Shown here: positions 15,352 through 23,659 of the stretch, piece after piece
Position numbering within the stretch: position 1 is the stretch's first letter
Layout of the letters: each line of letters starts with the position of its first letter
NCBI GenBank assembly: GCA_049515535.1
Contig: JBEKTZ010000002.1
Coordinates: forward strand, 335,467-367,550
Source: Candidatus Aminicenantales bacterium
Lineage (GTDB): Bacteria; Acidobacteriota; Aminicenantia; Aminicenantales; UBA4085
Length of the DNA: 32,084 nt
Direction of reading: 5' to 3'
Notes under the pieces: generated by a model
Seen by the model: the letters and a program-made list of their open reading frames with translations, nothing else
Told to the model about the DNA's origin: nothing
Databases searched by the model: none
Program-made: the position numbers and the translations under genes

Positions 15352-16656
15352 ATGAAAAGAAAAACGGAAAAATCGAGACCTGACCCGGTCAAGGGACGAG
15401 CCTTCGCGGCGGAAGTCAAGGGACGAGCCTTCGGCTCGCCACTCGCCCGTGGTTTATATCGACGGGCGAGTACGGCGGAAATGGATCCCCGGGCAAAACC
15501 CGGGGCCCCGTCCGCCGTGGACCCCCGGGCAAAGCCCGGGGCCCCGGCCGCTGTCGCCGCGTTCCGGCGGAAGAAGGTCATCGACGCTCTCGTCGCCAGA
15601 ATAGAGAAAAAAAGGATAGAGCTTCCCTCCCCGTGCCGCATCATGGAAGTCTGCGGCACTCATACCATGACGGTCCACCGGTACGGGCTTCAAACGATGC
15701 TCGAAAAGGCCGGCGTCGAAATGATCTCCGGACCCGGCTGCCCCGTCTGTATCACGCCGGGCGGGATCCATGAAGCCGCCATCCGGCTCGTGACGGAAAA
15801 AGAGAACCTCATCCTCGCGACCTTCGGCGACATGACCCGTGTTCCGACGCGCCGCGGCTCCCTGCAAAAAGCCGTCCCGGCCAAAGGCTCGGCCGTTCGG
15901 GTCGTCTATTCTTCGGAGGAATCGCTCGATTTCGCCCGCCGGAACTCGGACAAAGAAATTGTTTTCTTCGGAGTCGGTTTCGAAACGACCATTCCTTCCA
16001 TCGCCTTGGCGGCCAAATCCGCCGCCGCGGAGAAACTTTCCAATTATTCCATCCTCTCCGCGCTCTGGATGATCCCTCCTCCGCTCCGGGCCATTCTTGA
16101 GGCCGACGACGTAAGGATATCCGGCTTTCTCTATCCGGGCCACGTCAGCGCCATCATCGGGCAAAAACCCTATGAATTCGTCGCCCGGGAGTTCGGCGTT
16201 CCCGGAGTCATCGCCGGATTCGAGCCGGGAGACATGCTTCTCGGGATTATCTCGATCCTGGACCAGATCCGTGAAGGCCGACCCGTCGTCGCGAACGAAT
16301 ATACGAGGGTCGTCCGGCCTGAAGGGAACCCGGTCGCCTTGGCCGTGATGAGAGAAATCCTCGAGCCCAAAGATGCCTGCTGGCGGGGTTTGGGCCTGAT
16401 TCCCGAAAGCGGGCTGAGATTCCGCGTCCGCTACGCCGCGTATGACGCCGAAATCAAACACAAGCTCGAGACCGAGGCCGATGAGGCCGATCTTCCGGGC
16501 TGCCGCTGCGGCGATGTTCTTCGGGGCGTGCTCACCCCCCAGGCCTGCCCTTTGTTCGGCAGAAGATGCGCTCCGGAATCGCCTTCCGGCCCGTGCATGG
16601 TCTCTCTCGAAGGGGCCTGCTTCATCCAATATAAATATCGAGGACCCCGATCATGA
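15352..16656 (+). CDS. hypD: Hydrogenase maturation protein HypD with a 55-aa repeat-derived N-terminal insert
   Basis: MEVCGTHT, GPGCPVC, GFETT, PGHVS, GFEP, CRCGDVLRG...CPLFG..C...GPCMVSLEGAC. Confidence 0.95.
   Translation: MKRKTEKSRPDPVKGRAFAAEVKGRAFGSPLARGLYRRASTAEMDPRAKPGAPSAVDPRAKPGAPAAVAAFRRKKVIDALVARIEKKRIELPSPCRIMEVCGTHTMTVHRYGLQTMLEKAGVEMISGPGCPVCITPGGIHEAAIRLVTEKENLILATFGDMTRVPTRRGSLQKAVPAKGSAVRVVYSSEESLDFARRNSDKEIVFFGVGFETTIPSIALAAKSAAAEKLSNYSILSALWMIPPPLRAILEADDVRISGFLYPGHVSAIIGQKPYEFVAREFGVPGVIAGFEPGDMLLGIISILDQIREGRPVVANEYTRVVRPEGNPVALAVMREILEPKDACWRGLGLIPESGLRFRVRYAAYDAEIKHKLETEADEADLPGCRCGDVLRGVLTPQACPLFGRRCAPESPSGPCMVSLEGACFIQYKYRGPRS
15388..15552 (+). repeat. Nested pair of the 102-bp repeat: full copy 15415-15516 inside an internally deleted 63-bp copy (15388-15414 + 15517-15552)
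   Basis: The outer halves rejoin as CGGCGGAA|GTGGAC, which is contiguous in copy 2. Total 165 bp = 55 codons, in frame in hypD. Confidence 0.88.
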
Positions 16657-17639
16657 CCAAGGTCAGCCTGGAACTCGGCGGGGGCGGAAAATCCATGCGG
16701 GATTTCATCGCCCGGAAAATCGTCCCGGCTTTCAATAACCCTTTTCTGGACGAGCTGCTGGATGCCAGCCATCTCCCGGAAGGGATCGCCTTCACCACGG
16801 ACAGCTACGTCGTGGACCCGATCTTTTTCCCGGGCGGAGATATCGGAAAGCTCGCGGTCAACGGCACCGTCAATGACCTTGTCGTCTCGGGCGCCGTTCC
16901 CCGATATCTTTCTCTCGGCCTGATTCTCGAGGAGGGGCTGGATTGGACCATCCTGGACAAGATCCTCCGCTCCCTGAAAACGGCTGCGGCGCGATCCCGT
17001 GTCAGGATCGTCGCGGGCGACACGAAAGTCGTCAAGCAAGGCCAGGGAGACAAGATCTACATCAATACCGCCGGAATAGGGAACGTCATCGCCAGGCCGA
17101 AGCCCAAGCTCATCCGGCCCGGCGACGGGATCATCCTGACCGGGACGCTCGGAGAGCACAGCCTGGCCATTATGCACGCGCGGGGCGATTTTGGTCTCGA
17201 AGCCCGGGTCCGGAGCGACTGCGCTCCCCTGAATTTCCTTTTGCCCTATTGGAGAAGCGGCGCCCTCTGGATGAGGGACATCACTCGGGGCGGCTTGGCG
17301 ACGATCTTGACCGAGCTGGTCGAACAGATTTCCTATCCCGTCCTCATCGAGGAAAATCGCATTCCGCTTTCCTCCGCCGTGAGGGCGGCTTCCGATCTCC
17401 TGGGAATAGACCCTTTGTATTTAGCCTGCGAAGGCCGGGCGGTTCTCGTCGTGCCCGGGGACAAGGCCCAGGCCATTCTGGCCCGCGTCAAAAGAAATCC
17501 CCTGGGAAGGAGAGCGGCCATCATCGGCCGGATCGAAGGAAAAACCGGACGGCCGGGAGAGCTCCTCTTGAAAACCTCCGTGGGAGGTCTCCGGCTCCTC
17601 GAACCATTGACATCCGAGCTCCTCCCCCGAATCTGTTGA
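16653..17639 (+). CDS. hypE: Hydrogenase maturation carbamoyl dehydratase HypE
   Basis: FTTDSYVVDPIFFPGGDIGKLAVNGTVND, GDTKVV, MRDITRGG, C-terminal PRIC. Confidence 0.96.
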   Translation: MTKVSLELGGGGKSMRDFIARKIVPAFNNPFLDELLDASHLPEGIAFTTDSYVVDPIFFPGGDIGKLAVNGTVNDLVVSGAVPRYLSLGLILEEGLDWTILDKILRSLKTAAARSRVRIVAGDTKVVKQGQGDKIYINTAGIGNVIARPKPKLIRPGDGIILTGTLGEHSLAIMHARGDFGLEARVRSDCAPLNFLLPYWRSGALWMRDITRGGLATILTELVEQISYPVLIEENRIPLSSAVRAASDLLGIDPLYLACEGRAVLVVPGDKAQAILARVKRNPLGRRAAIIGRIEGKTGRPGELLLKTSVGGLRLLEPLTSELLPRIC

Positions 17640-17641
17640 AC

Positions 17642-19315
17642 ATGAAAAACACCAAGCCGGACCGGGGCCGCCGAATCGTCGTCGCGCTGCTCGTGGCCGC
17701 CGGCGTTTATGGCCTCCGTCTCGAAGCCGCGACCCAGACGAACGAACTCGCCCCCGGGACATTCACGGATTTTCGTTCGGACGTGAAAGAGTATCGCGAA
17801 CTGTTCAAGCTCATCCGCTCGACCCTGGACCATAACGCTGTCTCGTTCCAGGGAAAAACGGGGACGATTTACGGTTTCGCCGCCGGAGCCGCTTATCCCC
17901 AAATCTGGCTGCGGGATGCGTACACGATCATTCCGGCTTCGCGGCTTTTTTATGAAGCCCCGTACCTTCAATCATGGCTCGAAGAGCATCTGGCTTTTCA
18001 GCGGGACGACGGATCGCTCGAGGATTGGATCGATTCGCGCGGGAAGCGCGACAAAAATACGACCGAAACCGACCAGGAAACGAGCGCCGTTCGGGCGGCC
18101 GCCCGGATCGCCCGGATCTCCGGGACCGCCTGGCTCCGGAAGATGATCGACGGCGAATCCATTATCGGCCGGCTCGAGAGGGCCCTCGGCTCGGTCCTCC
18201 GCTCGAGGTTCGACAAGGGCCACGGGCTCGTCACCGGCGCGCACACCGCGGACTGGGGCGATGTCGACATGGGGCGCGAGGACCAGCGCGCCATCTCTAT
18301 CGACCAACGGACTCATTGGACGTGCGACATCTACGACCAGAGCGAATTCCACGGCGCCGCGCTGGACCTCGCCTGGATGTTGACCTCAGACGGCCAAACG
18401 GAGAAGGCGAGATTCTGGTCCGGACAGGCCGCGCTCATTCGGAAAAATGCCGACCGGTGGCTCTGGCAGGAAGAGCGCGGCTTCTACCGGGTCCACATTC
18501 ATCTCGATGCGTTGCGGCACGATTTCGACGAGGACGCGATGTTCGCCATGGGCGGAAACACGGAGGCCATCCTTTCCGGATTGGCCTCCGAAGACAAATG
18601 CCGGCGGATCATCGAAACCGCGCTGACTCGGCAGAAAGAGTTCTCGATGTCGACGATCAGCGGGACCCTCCTCCCTCCTTATCCGAAGGGATTCTTCAAG
18701 CATCCGATGCTGGACCAGCCTTATGAATATCAGAACGGCGGCCAATGGGACTGGTTCGGCGGGAGACTCATCCACGCGATGTTCGAACACGGCTTCAGCC
18801 GCGAGGCCCGGCGGAAACTTTCCGAGATCGCTGGGAAGGCCATCGCCAACCGGGGACTTTTCGAATGGGACAGCCCGGCCGGTATAGGCCAGGGGAGCCC
18901 TTTTTATTCGGGAAGCGCCGGGAGCCTGGCCGAAGCCCTTTTCGAGGGATACTTCGGGTTCAAAATTGCCAAGGACGAATGGTCATTGGAACCAAAACTG
19001 GCCGAGGACAATGCGGCCGTCCACGTCTATTATCCGGCGGCCGGGAGCTTCGCGGCTTACGATTATCGATGGGATGGAAAGAATACGGCCGTGGCGTTCC
19101 GCTACAATGGGAATCTCCCGAACCCGGGAAAGGTCAAAATCCTCGTGCCCTGGCTCCATGAGAACGGCGGGCCGATCGAAAAGCTGAAAAATGTCGACGT
19201 CCGCCGGGACGGCCGGAAGATCGCCTTCCTTCCGGCCGTTCTCAACGGTGACGCGTTCGTCGTCGTCGAGACGGATTTCAAAAACCATATTCTGGAAATA
19301 AGGCAAAATCGTTAA
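17642..19315 (+). CDS. Secreted six-hairpin glycosidase-like protein ((alpha/alpha)6 glycoside hydrolase-like)
   Basis: Signal-peptide-like start (MKNTKPDRGRRIVVALLVAAGVYGLRLEA); YPQIWLRD, ADWGD, YQNGGQW and LFEW motifs recall GH63/GH78/amylo-1,6-glucosidase-like folds. The ORF-track start at 16943 overlaps hypE and is rejected. Confidence 0.6.
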   Translation: MKNTKPDRGRRIVVALLVAAGVYGLRLEAATQTNELAPGTFTDFRSDVKEYRELFKLIRSTLDHNAVSFQGKTGTIYGFAAGAAYPQIWLRDAYTIIPASRLFYEAPYLQSWLEEHLAFQRDDGSLEDWIDSRGKRDKNTTETDQETSAVRAAARIARISGTAWLRKMIDGESIIGRLERALGSVLRSRFDKGHGLVTGAHTADWGDVDMGREDQRAISIDQRTHWTCDIYDQSEFHGAALDLAWMLTSDGQTEKARFWSGQAALIRKNADRWLWQEERGFYRVHIHLDALRHDFDEDAMFAMGGNTEAILSGLASEDKCRRIIETALTRQKEFSMSTISGTLLPPYPKGFFKHPMLDQPYEYQNGGQWDWFGGRLIHAMFEHGFSREARRKLSEIAGKAIANRGLFEWDSPAGIGQGSPFYSGSAGSLAEALFEGYFGFKIAKDEWSLEPKLAEDNAAVHVYYPAAGSFAAYDYRWDGKNTAVAFRYNGNLPNPGKVKILVPWLHENGGPIEKLKNVDVRRDGRKIAFLPAVLNGDAFVVVETDFKNHILEIRQNR

Positions 19316-19332
19316 GGCGATCTCTCGGATCA

Positions 19333-19359
19333 GCCCTCTTCCCCAGGGAGGAAGAGGGC
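19333..19359. terminator. Hairpin between convergent genes (possible terminator or REP-like unit)
   Basis: GCCCTCTTCC-ccaggga-GGAAGAGGGC, 10-bp perfect stem, no clear U-tract. Confidence 0.4.
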
Positions 19360-19395
19360 ATGATTGTCCTAAAGAAATCGAGCCGCGGCTCTTTT

Positions 19396-20700
19396 TTATT
19401 TCCGGCCGACGGAGTAGTATTCGAAACCGAGCTTTCTGACGTTCTCGGGAGGGAAGATGTTCCGGCCGTCGACGACGATCGGGTTGGCCATAAGGCTCTT
19501 GACCTTCTTGAGATCGAGGCCCGAAAACTCCTTCCATTCCGTGCAAAGGACGAGCGCGTTGACGCCGGCCACGGCGTCGAAGGGCGTCCGGCAATAGGTG
19601 ATCCGGATCTTATCCTCCGGGAAGAGCTCTTTCATGTTGTTCTGCGCTTCCGGATCATAAAGCCGGACGATGGCCCCTTCGCTCAATAGGGCCTTGATCA
19701 ATCGGATGCTCGGGGCTTCGCGGATGTCGTCCGTCTCCGGCTTGAAGGCCAGACCCAGGACCGCGATTTTCTTGTCTTTCAGGATCCAGAGGGCCTTCTT
19801 GATCTTTTCCAGAATGAGCCCCGTCCGATCGGCATTCACCCGGTCGGTTTCCCTGAGGAGGTTCATGTTAACGCCGAGGTCCTCGCCGATCTTGATCAGA
19901 GCCTTGAGATCCTTGGGGAAGCACGATCCCCCGTAACCCATGCCCGCCTTCAGAAAAAGCCCCCCGATCCTCGGATCGAGGCCCATGCCCTTGGCCACCT
20001 GCTCGATGTCCGCGTCCGTCCTCTCGCAAAGGTTGGCCATGAGGTTGATGTAGGAGATTTTCACGGCCAGGAAGGAATTCGAGGCGTGCTTGATGAGCTC
20101 GGCCGTGTCGATATTGGTGATCAGGATCCGATCCTTGGCCCGCTCATAGATTTTTTCGAGCATGGCCCTGGCCCGCTCCGTCTCGACGCCGATGATGATG
20201 CGGTCGGGATGGAGGAAATCCGAAACCGCGGAGCCTTCCCGGAGAAACTCGGGATTGGAGGCCACGTCGAAATCCTCGTCGGATTTCTTGTAGAGCGAGA
20301 TCGTCCGCTTGATCCAGGAGGACGTCTTGACCGGAACCGTGCTCTTTTCCACGACGACTTTGTAGCCGTTCAAATTCTCGGCTATCAGCCGCGAGACTTC
20401 CTCGATCTGGGACATATCGGCGCTGCCGTCGTCGCTCTGCGGCGTTCCGACACAGACGAAGATCACGTCCGCCGCCTGGATGGTCTTGTTCAGGTCCGTG
20501 CTGAAGGTGATTTTCCCTTTTTTCAAATTGGCCTTTAGAAGCTCCTCCAGCCCTGGCTCATAAATCGGCATGTCTCCGCGCGAGATCCTCTCGATCTTAT
20601 CGGCCACCTTGTCGGCGCCGATCACCGCGTGCCCGAATTCCGCGAGTCCGACGGCCGTCACCAGGCCGACATATCCAGTTCCGATCACGGCGATTTTCAT
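19396..20700 (-). CDS. ugd: UDP-glucose/GDP-mannose family 6-dehydrogenase
   Basis: GTGYVG, VEKSTVP, SNPEFLREG, GYGGSCFPKD, GLAFKPETDDIRE. Confidence 0.93.
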   Translation of the reverse strand: MKIAVIGTGYVGLVTAVGLAEFGHAVIGADKVADKIERISRGDMPIYEPGLEELLKANLKKGKITFSTDLNKTIQAADVIFVCVGTPQSDDGSADMSQIEEVSRLIAENLNGYKVVVEKSTVPVKTSSWIKRTISLYKKSDEDFDVASNPEFLREGSAVSDFLHPDRIIIGVETERARAMLEKIYERAKDRILITNIDTAELIKHASNSFLAVKISYINLMANLCERTDADIEQVAKGMGLDPRIGGLFLKAGMGYGGSCFPKDLKALIKIGEDLGVNMNLLRETDRVNADRTGLILEKIKKALWILKDKKIAVLGLAFKPETDDIREAPSIRLIKALLSEGAIVRLYDPEAQNNMKELFPEDKIRITYCRTPFDAVAGVNALVLCTEWKEFSGLDLKKVKSLMANPIVVDGRNIFPPENVRKLGFEYYSVGRK

Positions 20701-21641
20701 AAGGACCTCCTCTTCTCACGATACCAGGCGATCGTCATTTCCAGCCCGCGCCGAAAATCGCAGCCGGGTCGGTACTTCAATCGATGGATCGCTTTTTGGA
20801 TGTCCGCCGAGGAATGCAGAATGTCCCCCGGACGGATCGGCTCGAAGCGGGGTTCGAGCGCGGCGCCGAGAATATCGTTGATCAGCCGGACGAGCGCGCT
20901 CACGGACAGGCTTTGGGCCGAAGCGATGTTGAAGACCTCGCCGGAAACGCCCTCGGCTTCGGCCGCTAGAATATTGGCTGCCACGACATCCTGGACGAAA
21001 ACGAAATCTCTCGTCTGCTCCCCGTTCCCAAAGATGACCGGCCGTTCGCCGGCAAGCATCTTCGTAATGAAGATCGGGACGGCCGCCGCGTATTGCGATT
21101 GCGGATCCTGACGGGGCCCGAAAACGTTGAAATAGCGGAGTGCGACCGTCGGGATCCCGTAGATCAAGCCGAATGTCTGGCAGTATTTTTCTCCGATCCA
21201 TTTGCTGAGCGCATAGGGCGAAAGCGGGATACCGGACATCTCCTCTCTTTTGGGGAGTTCGGGATTGTCACCGTACACGGAGGTCGACGAGGCAAAAATG
21301 AGCTTTTTAACCCCGGCCTCCTTGGCAGCCCACAGCATGTTCAGCGTTCCCCCGACGTTGATATCGTCGGTGAGGAAAGGATCCTCGATCGAGAGCGGGA
21401 CCGAGGCCAGTGCGGCCTGATGAAAGACATAGTCCGTTTTTTCGACGGCCTTCCGGCACGTCCGCAGGTCCCGGACATCGCCTTCGACAAGATCGATCTT
21501 TTTCCGGAATGAGGCGATGTTCGCGCGCTTTCCGGTTGAGAAGTCGTCGAGCATGCGGACCCGAAATCCCCGGCGGACCAGTTCTTCGGCCAGATGCGAT
21601 CCGATGAAGCCCGCGCCTCCCGTCACTAAGCAGGATTTCAT
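20697..21641 (-). CDS. NAD-dependent nucleotide-sugar epimerase/dehydratase (extended SDR)
   Basis: TGGAGFIGSH, ASSTSVYG, YALSK (YxxxK), LRYFNVFGPRQ, GEQTRDF. Confidence 0.9.
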   Translation of the reverse strand: MKSCLVTGGAGFIGSHLAEELVRRGFRVRMLDDFSTGKRANIASFRKKIDLVEGDVRDLRTCRKAVEKTDYVFHQAALASVPLSIEDPFLTDDINVGGTLNMLWAAKEAGVKKLIFASSTSVYGDNPELPKREEMSGIPLSPYALSKWIGEKYCQTFGLIYGIPTVALRYFNVFGPRQDPQSQYAAAVPIFITKMLAGERPVIFGNGEQTRDFVFVQDVVAANILAAEAEGVSGEVFNIASAQSLSVSALVRLINDILGAALEPRFEPIRPGDILHSSADIQKAIHRLKYRPGCDFRRGLEMTIAWYREKRRSL

Positions 21642-21668
21642 GACTCTCCCTTCCCGGCCGCAGCCATC

Positions 21669-22208
21669 TTAATCCAGGTAACCCCGTTCTTTCAATCCGG
21701 CCAGGACTTTGGCCGTGCTCTGCTCCAGGGTTTCCTTATCGGTCTCGAGGAGGATTTCGGGGTTCGCCGGCTCCTCGTAGGGATCGGAGATGCCCGTAAA
21801 CTCCTTGATTTCGCCTTCCATCGCCTTTTTATACATGCCTTTGACGTCGCGCCCAATGCAGACGTCCAGGGGGCATTTCGTATAGACTTCGAGAAAGCTT
21901 CCGATCTCCTGCCGGGAGTGGGCCCGGATATCCGCGTAAGGCGAGATGAAAGACGTCAAAACGAACACGCCGTTGCGGCTCAGGAGCTTCGCCACGAATG
22001 TCACGCGACGGATATTTTCGTTGCGGTCCTCCTTCGAGAATCCGAGATCGCGGGTCAGGCTCTTGCGGACGATATCGCCGTCGAGCTGTTCCACGCGGTA
22101 GCCCCTTTCCTTCAATATCTCCGCGACGCGGTCGGCCACGGCCGATTTGCCCGAGCACGGAAGCCCGGTGAACCATAGGGTCACGCCCTTTTGATCATGA
22201 TCGCACAT
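21669..22208 (-). CDS. cysC: Adenylyl-sulfate kinase
   Basis: WFTGLPCSGKS P-loop, LDGDIVR, DLGFSKEDR, RDVKGMY, FTGISDPYE. Confidence 0.96.
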   Translation of the reverse strand: MCDHDQKGVTLWFTGLPCSGKSAVADRVAEILKERGYRVEQLDGDIVRKSLTRDLGFSKEDRNENIRRVTFVAKLLSRNGVFVLTSFISPYADIRAHSRQEIGSFLEVYTKCPLDVCIGRDVKGMYKKAMEGEIKEFTGISDPYEEPANPEILLETDKETLEQSTAKVLAGLKERGYLD

Positions 22209-23609
22209 CTATGATTTGTCTCCTTTTTTTTCGTGGCATGTCGTGAAAATCGCGCCCTTCATGTCCGAAGGCACGGGCAGTCCCAAGGAATGAAGCACGG
22301 TCGGGGCCACGTCGCAAATATCGATGTCCTGGCGCCGGCTTCTTCCATCCCGGGGATCGAAGAGGATGTACATGCCTTCCTGGGCATGCACGGCGTCGTC
22401 GGGACCCGTGTCGTTCTCGAGCAAGTATTGCGTTCCATGGCCCAGCGTTCCGGCCGACCGCCAGAAGAGATCGTCGAAATAGACCATGAGGTCCGGATAG
22501 TCGCCCCGGGCCTCGTCGAAGTATTCGTTGGGCTTGATGACATGGGTGTCCCACGCCTCACCCCCGGGCCCGCGGACATTCTTCAGACGCTCGCTGAGCG
22601 CGTCGCGCTCTTTTTCGTAGTCTCCGGGCTTGATGATGCCTTGGGGCTCACGTCCCTCGACGTTTAAGAAAAGGCGCGCGTAATAGCCCCCCCAGCCCCA
22701 GGCTTTCGTTTTCGACCAATCGACGGCCGTCTTTTCGATGCTGGTCCCTTTTTTCGGCGTTTCCTTGAGAACCAGATCGCCCTGCTCGATCAGCCACTCG
22801 TCGATGCAAAAAGCGCCCTTCATGCGCTTGGCGCCGTGATCGGAAATGACCAGGACGATGGTCTCGTCGCCGACGTTGGCCAGCAGCTCGCCGATCTTAC
22901 GATCCAGGAATTTATAGTAATCGAGAATGACGTTTTCGTATTTGTTGCCGGCCGTGTAGAGATGGTGCGCCTTGTCCATGTATTTCCAAAACGCGTGCTG
23001 AATGCGATCCACGCCGATCTCGACGAACATGAAGAGATTCCAGGGTTTGTGCCGCATGAGGTAATCCAGGACGGCGAACCGCTTGGCCGTCATGTCGTAG
23101 ATCTCTTTGAGGATTTGATCGCGGTCCTCGGTCCGGAACACGACGTCGAACATATACGGCCCGAATTGGGATTCGATCTCCTGCCGGAGCCCGGCCGGAT
23201 ACGTATATTCCTTTTCGTTGTCGGGCGTGATGAAACAGGAAATGAGATGGCCCGGGACTTTCCGCGGAGGATAGCTCGGCGGGATGCTCACGAGACAGCA
23301 TGGACCGCCGTGGTCGCCGACGACGTCCCAGATCGCCCTTTCCTTGAACGCCTGCGACGTCGCGATCCACATCTTGTCGTAAGAATAGCCCGTGCGATGA
23401 CGGAAACCGTAAAGGCCGAGCCGGCCCGCGTCCTTCCCCGTCGTCATGACCATCCAGGCGGGAATGGTGATCGGCGGATCGGAGCTGCGCATTTTTCCGT
23501 AGCGGCCGCCTTCGATCAGACGCCCGAGCACGGGGAATTCCGCGCGGCGGTCGATGACGATCTCGGACGGCGCCGAATCCAGCCCGATAATCAATATTTT
23601 TCGATCCAT
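22209..23609 (-). CDS. Alkaline phosphatase superfamily protein (type I phosphodiesterase/nucleotide pyrophosphatase-like), no signal peptide
   Basis: IIGLDS, PPITIPAW..MTTG (Thr nucleophile position), DRIQHAFW, ISDHG, C-terminal H...DVAPTVL..LG..P..MKG. Confidence 0.85.
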   Translation of the reverse strand: MDRKILIIGLDSAPSEIVIDRRAEFPVLGRLIEGGRYGKMRSSDPPITIPAWMVMTTGKDAGRLGLYGFRHRTGYSYDKMWIATSQAFKERAIWDVVGDHGGPCCLVSIPPSYPPRKVPGHLISCFITPDNEKEYTYPAGLRQEIESQFGPYMFDVVFRTEDRDQILKEIYDMTAKRFAVLDYLMRHKPWNLFMFVEIGVDRIQHAFWKYMDKAHHLYTAGNKYENVILDYYKFLDRKIGELLANVGDETIVLVISDHGAKRMKGAFCIDEWLIEQGDLVLKETPKKGTSIEKTAVDWSKTKAWGWGGYYARLFLNVEGREPQGIIKPGDYEKERDALSERLKNVRGPGGEAWDTHVIKPNEYFDEARGDYPDLMVYFDDLFWRSAGTLGHGTQYLLENDTGPDDAVHAQEGMYILFDPRDGRSRRQDIDICDVAPTVLHSLGLPVPSDMKGAIFTTCHEKKGDKS

Positions 23610-23659
23610 TCGATCAAGCCTTTCTCGTTATCACCGCTTTTCGGCGGTAATAGCCGGAT

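Noticed and set aside
9413..15552. 102-bp repeats as a CRISPR array
   Set aside because: The copies are dispersed or nested, too long, lack unique regular spacers, and no cas genes are present.
14741..15659. Small ORFs sharing GAPGFARGSTSAVLAR or DPRAKPGAP peptides (14741-15208, 14868-15098, 15315-15659, also 9428-9712) as a peptide gene family
   Set aside because: The similarity comes entirely from the DNA repeat being open in several frames, and they overlap real genes or promoters.
16943..17641. 790-aa version of the glycosidase-like ORF
   Set aside because: The first 233 codons overlap hypE in another frame and are Arg/Pro-rich noise. ATG 17642 gives a signal peptide.
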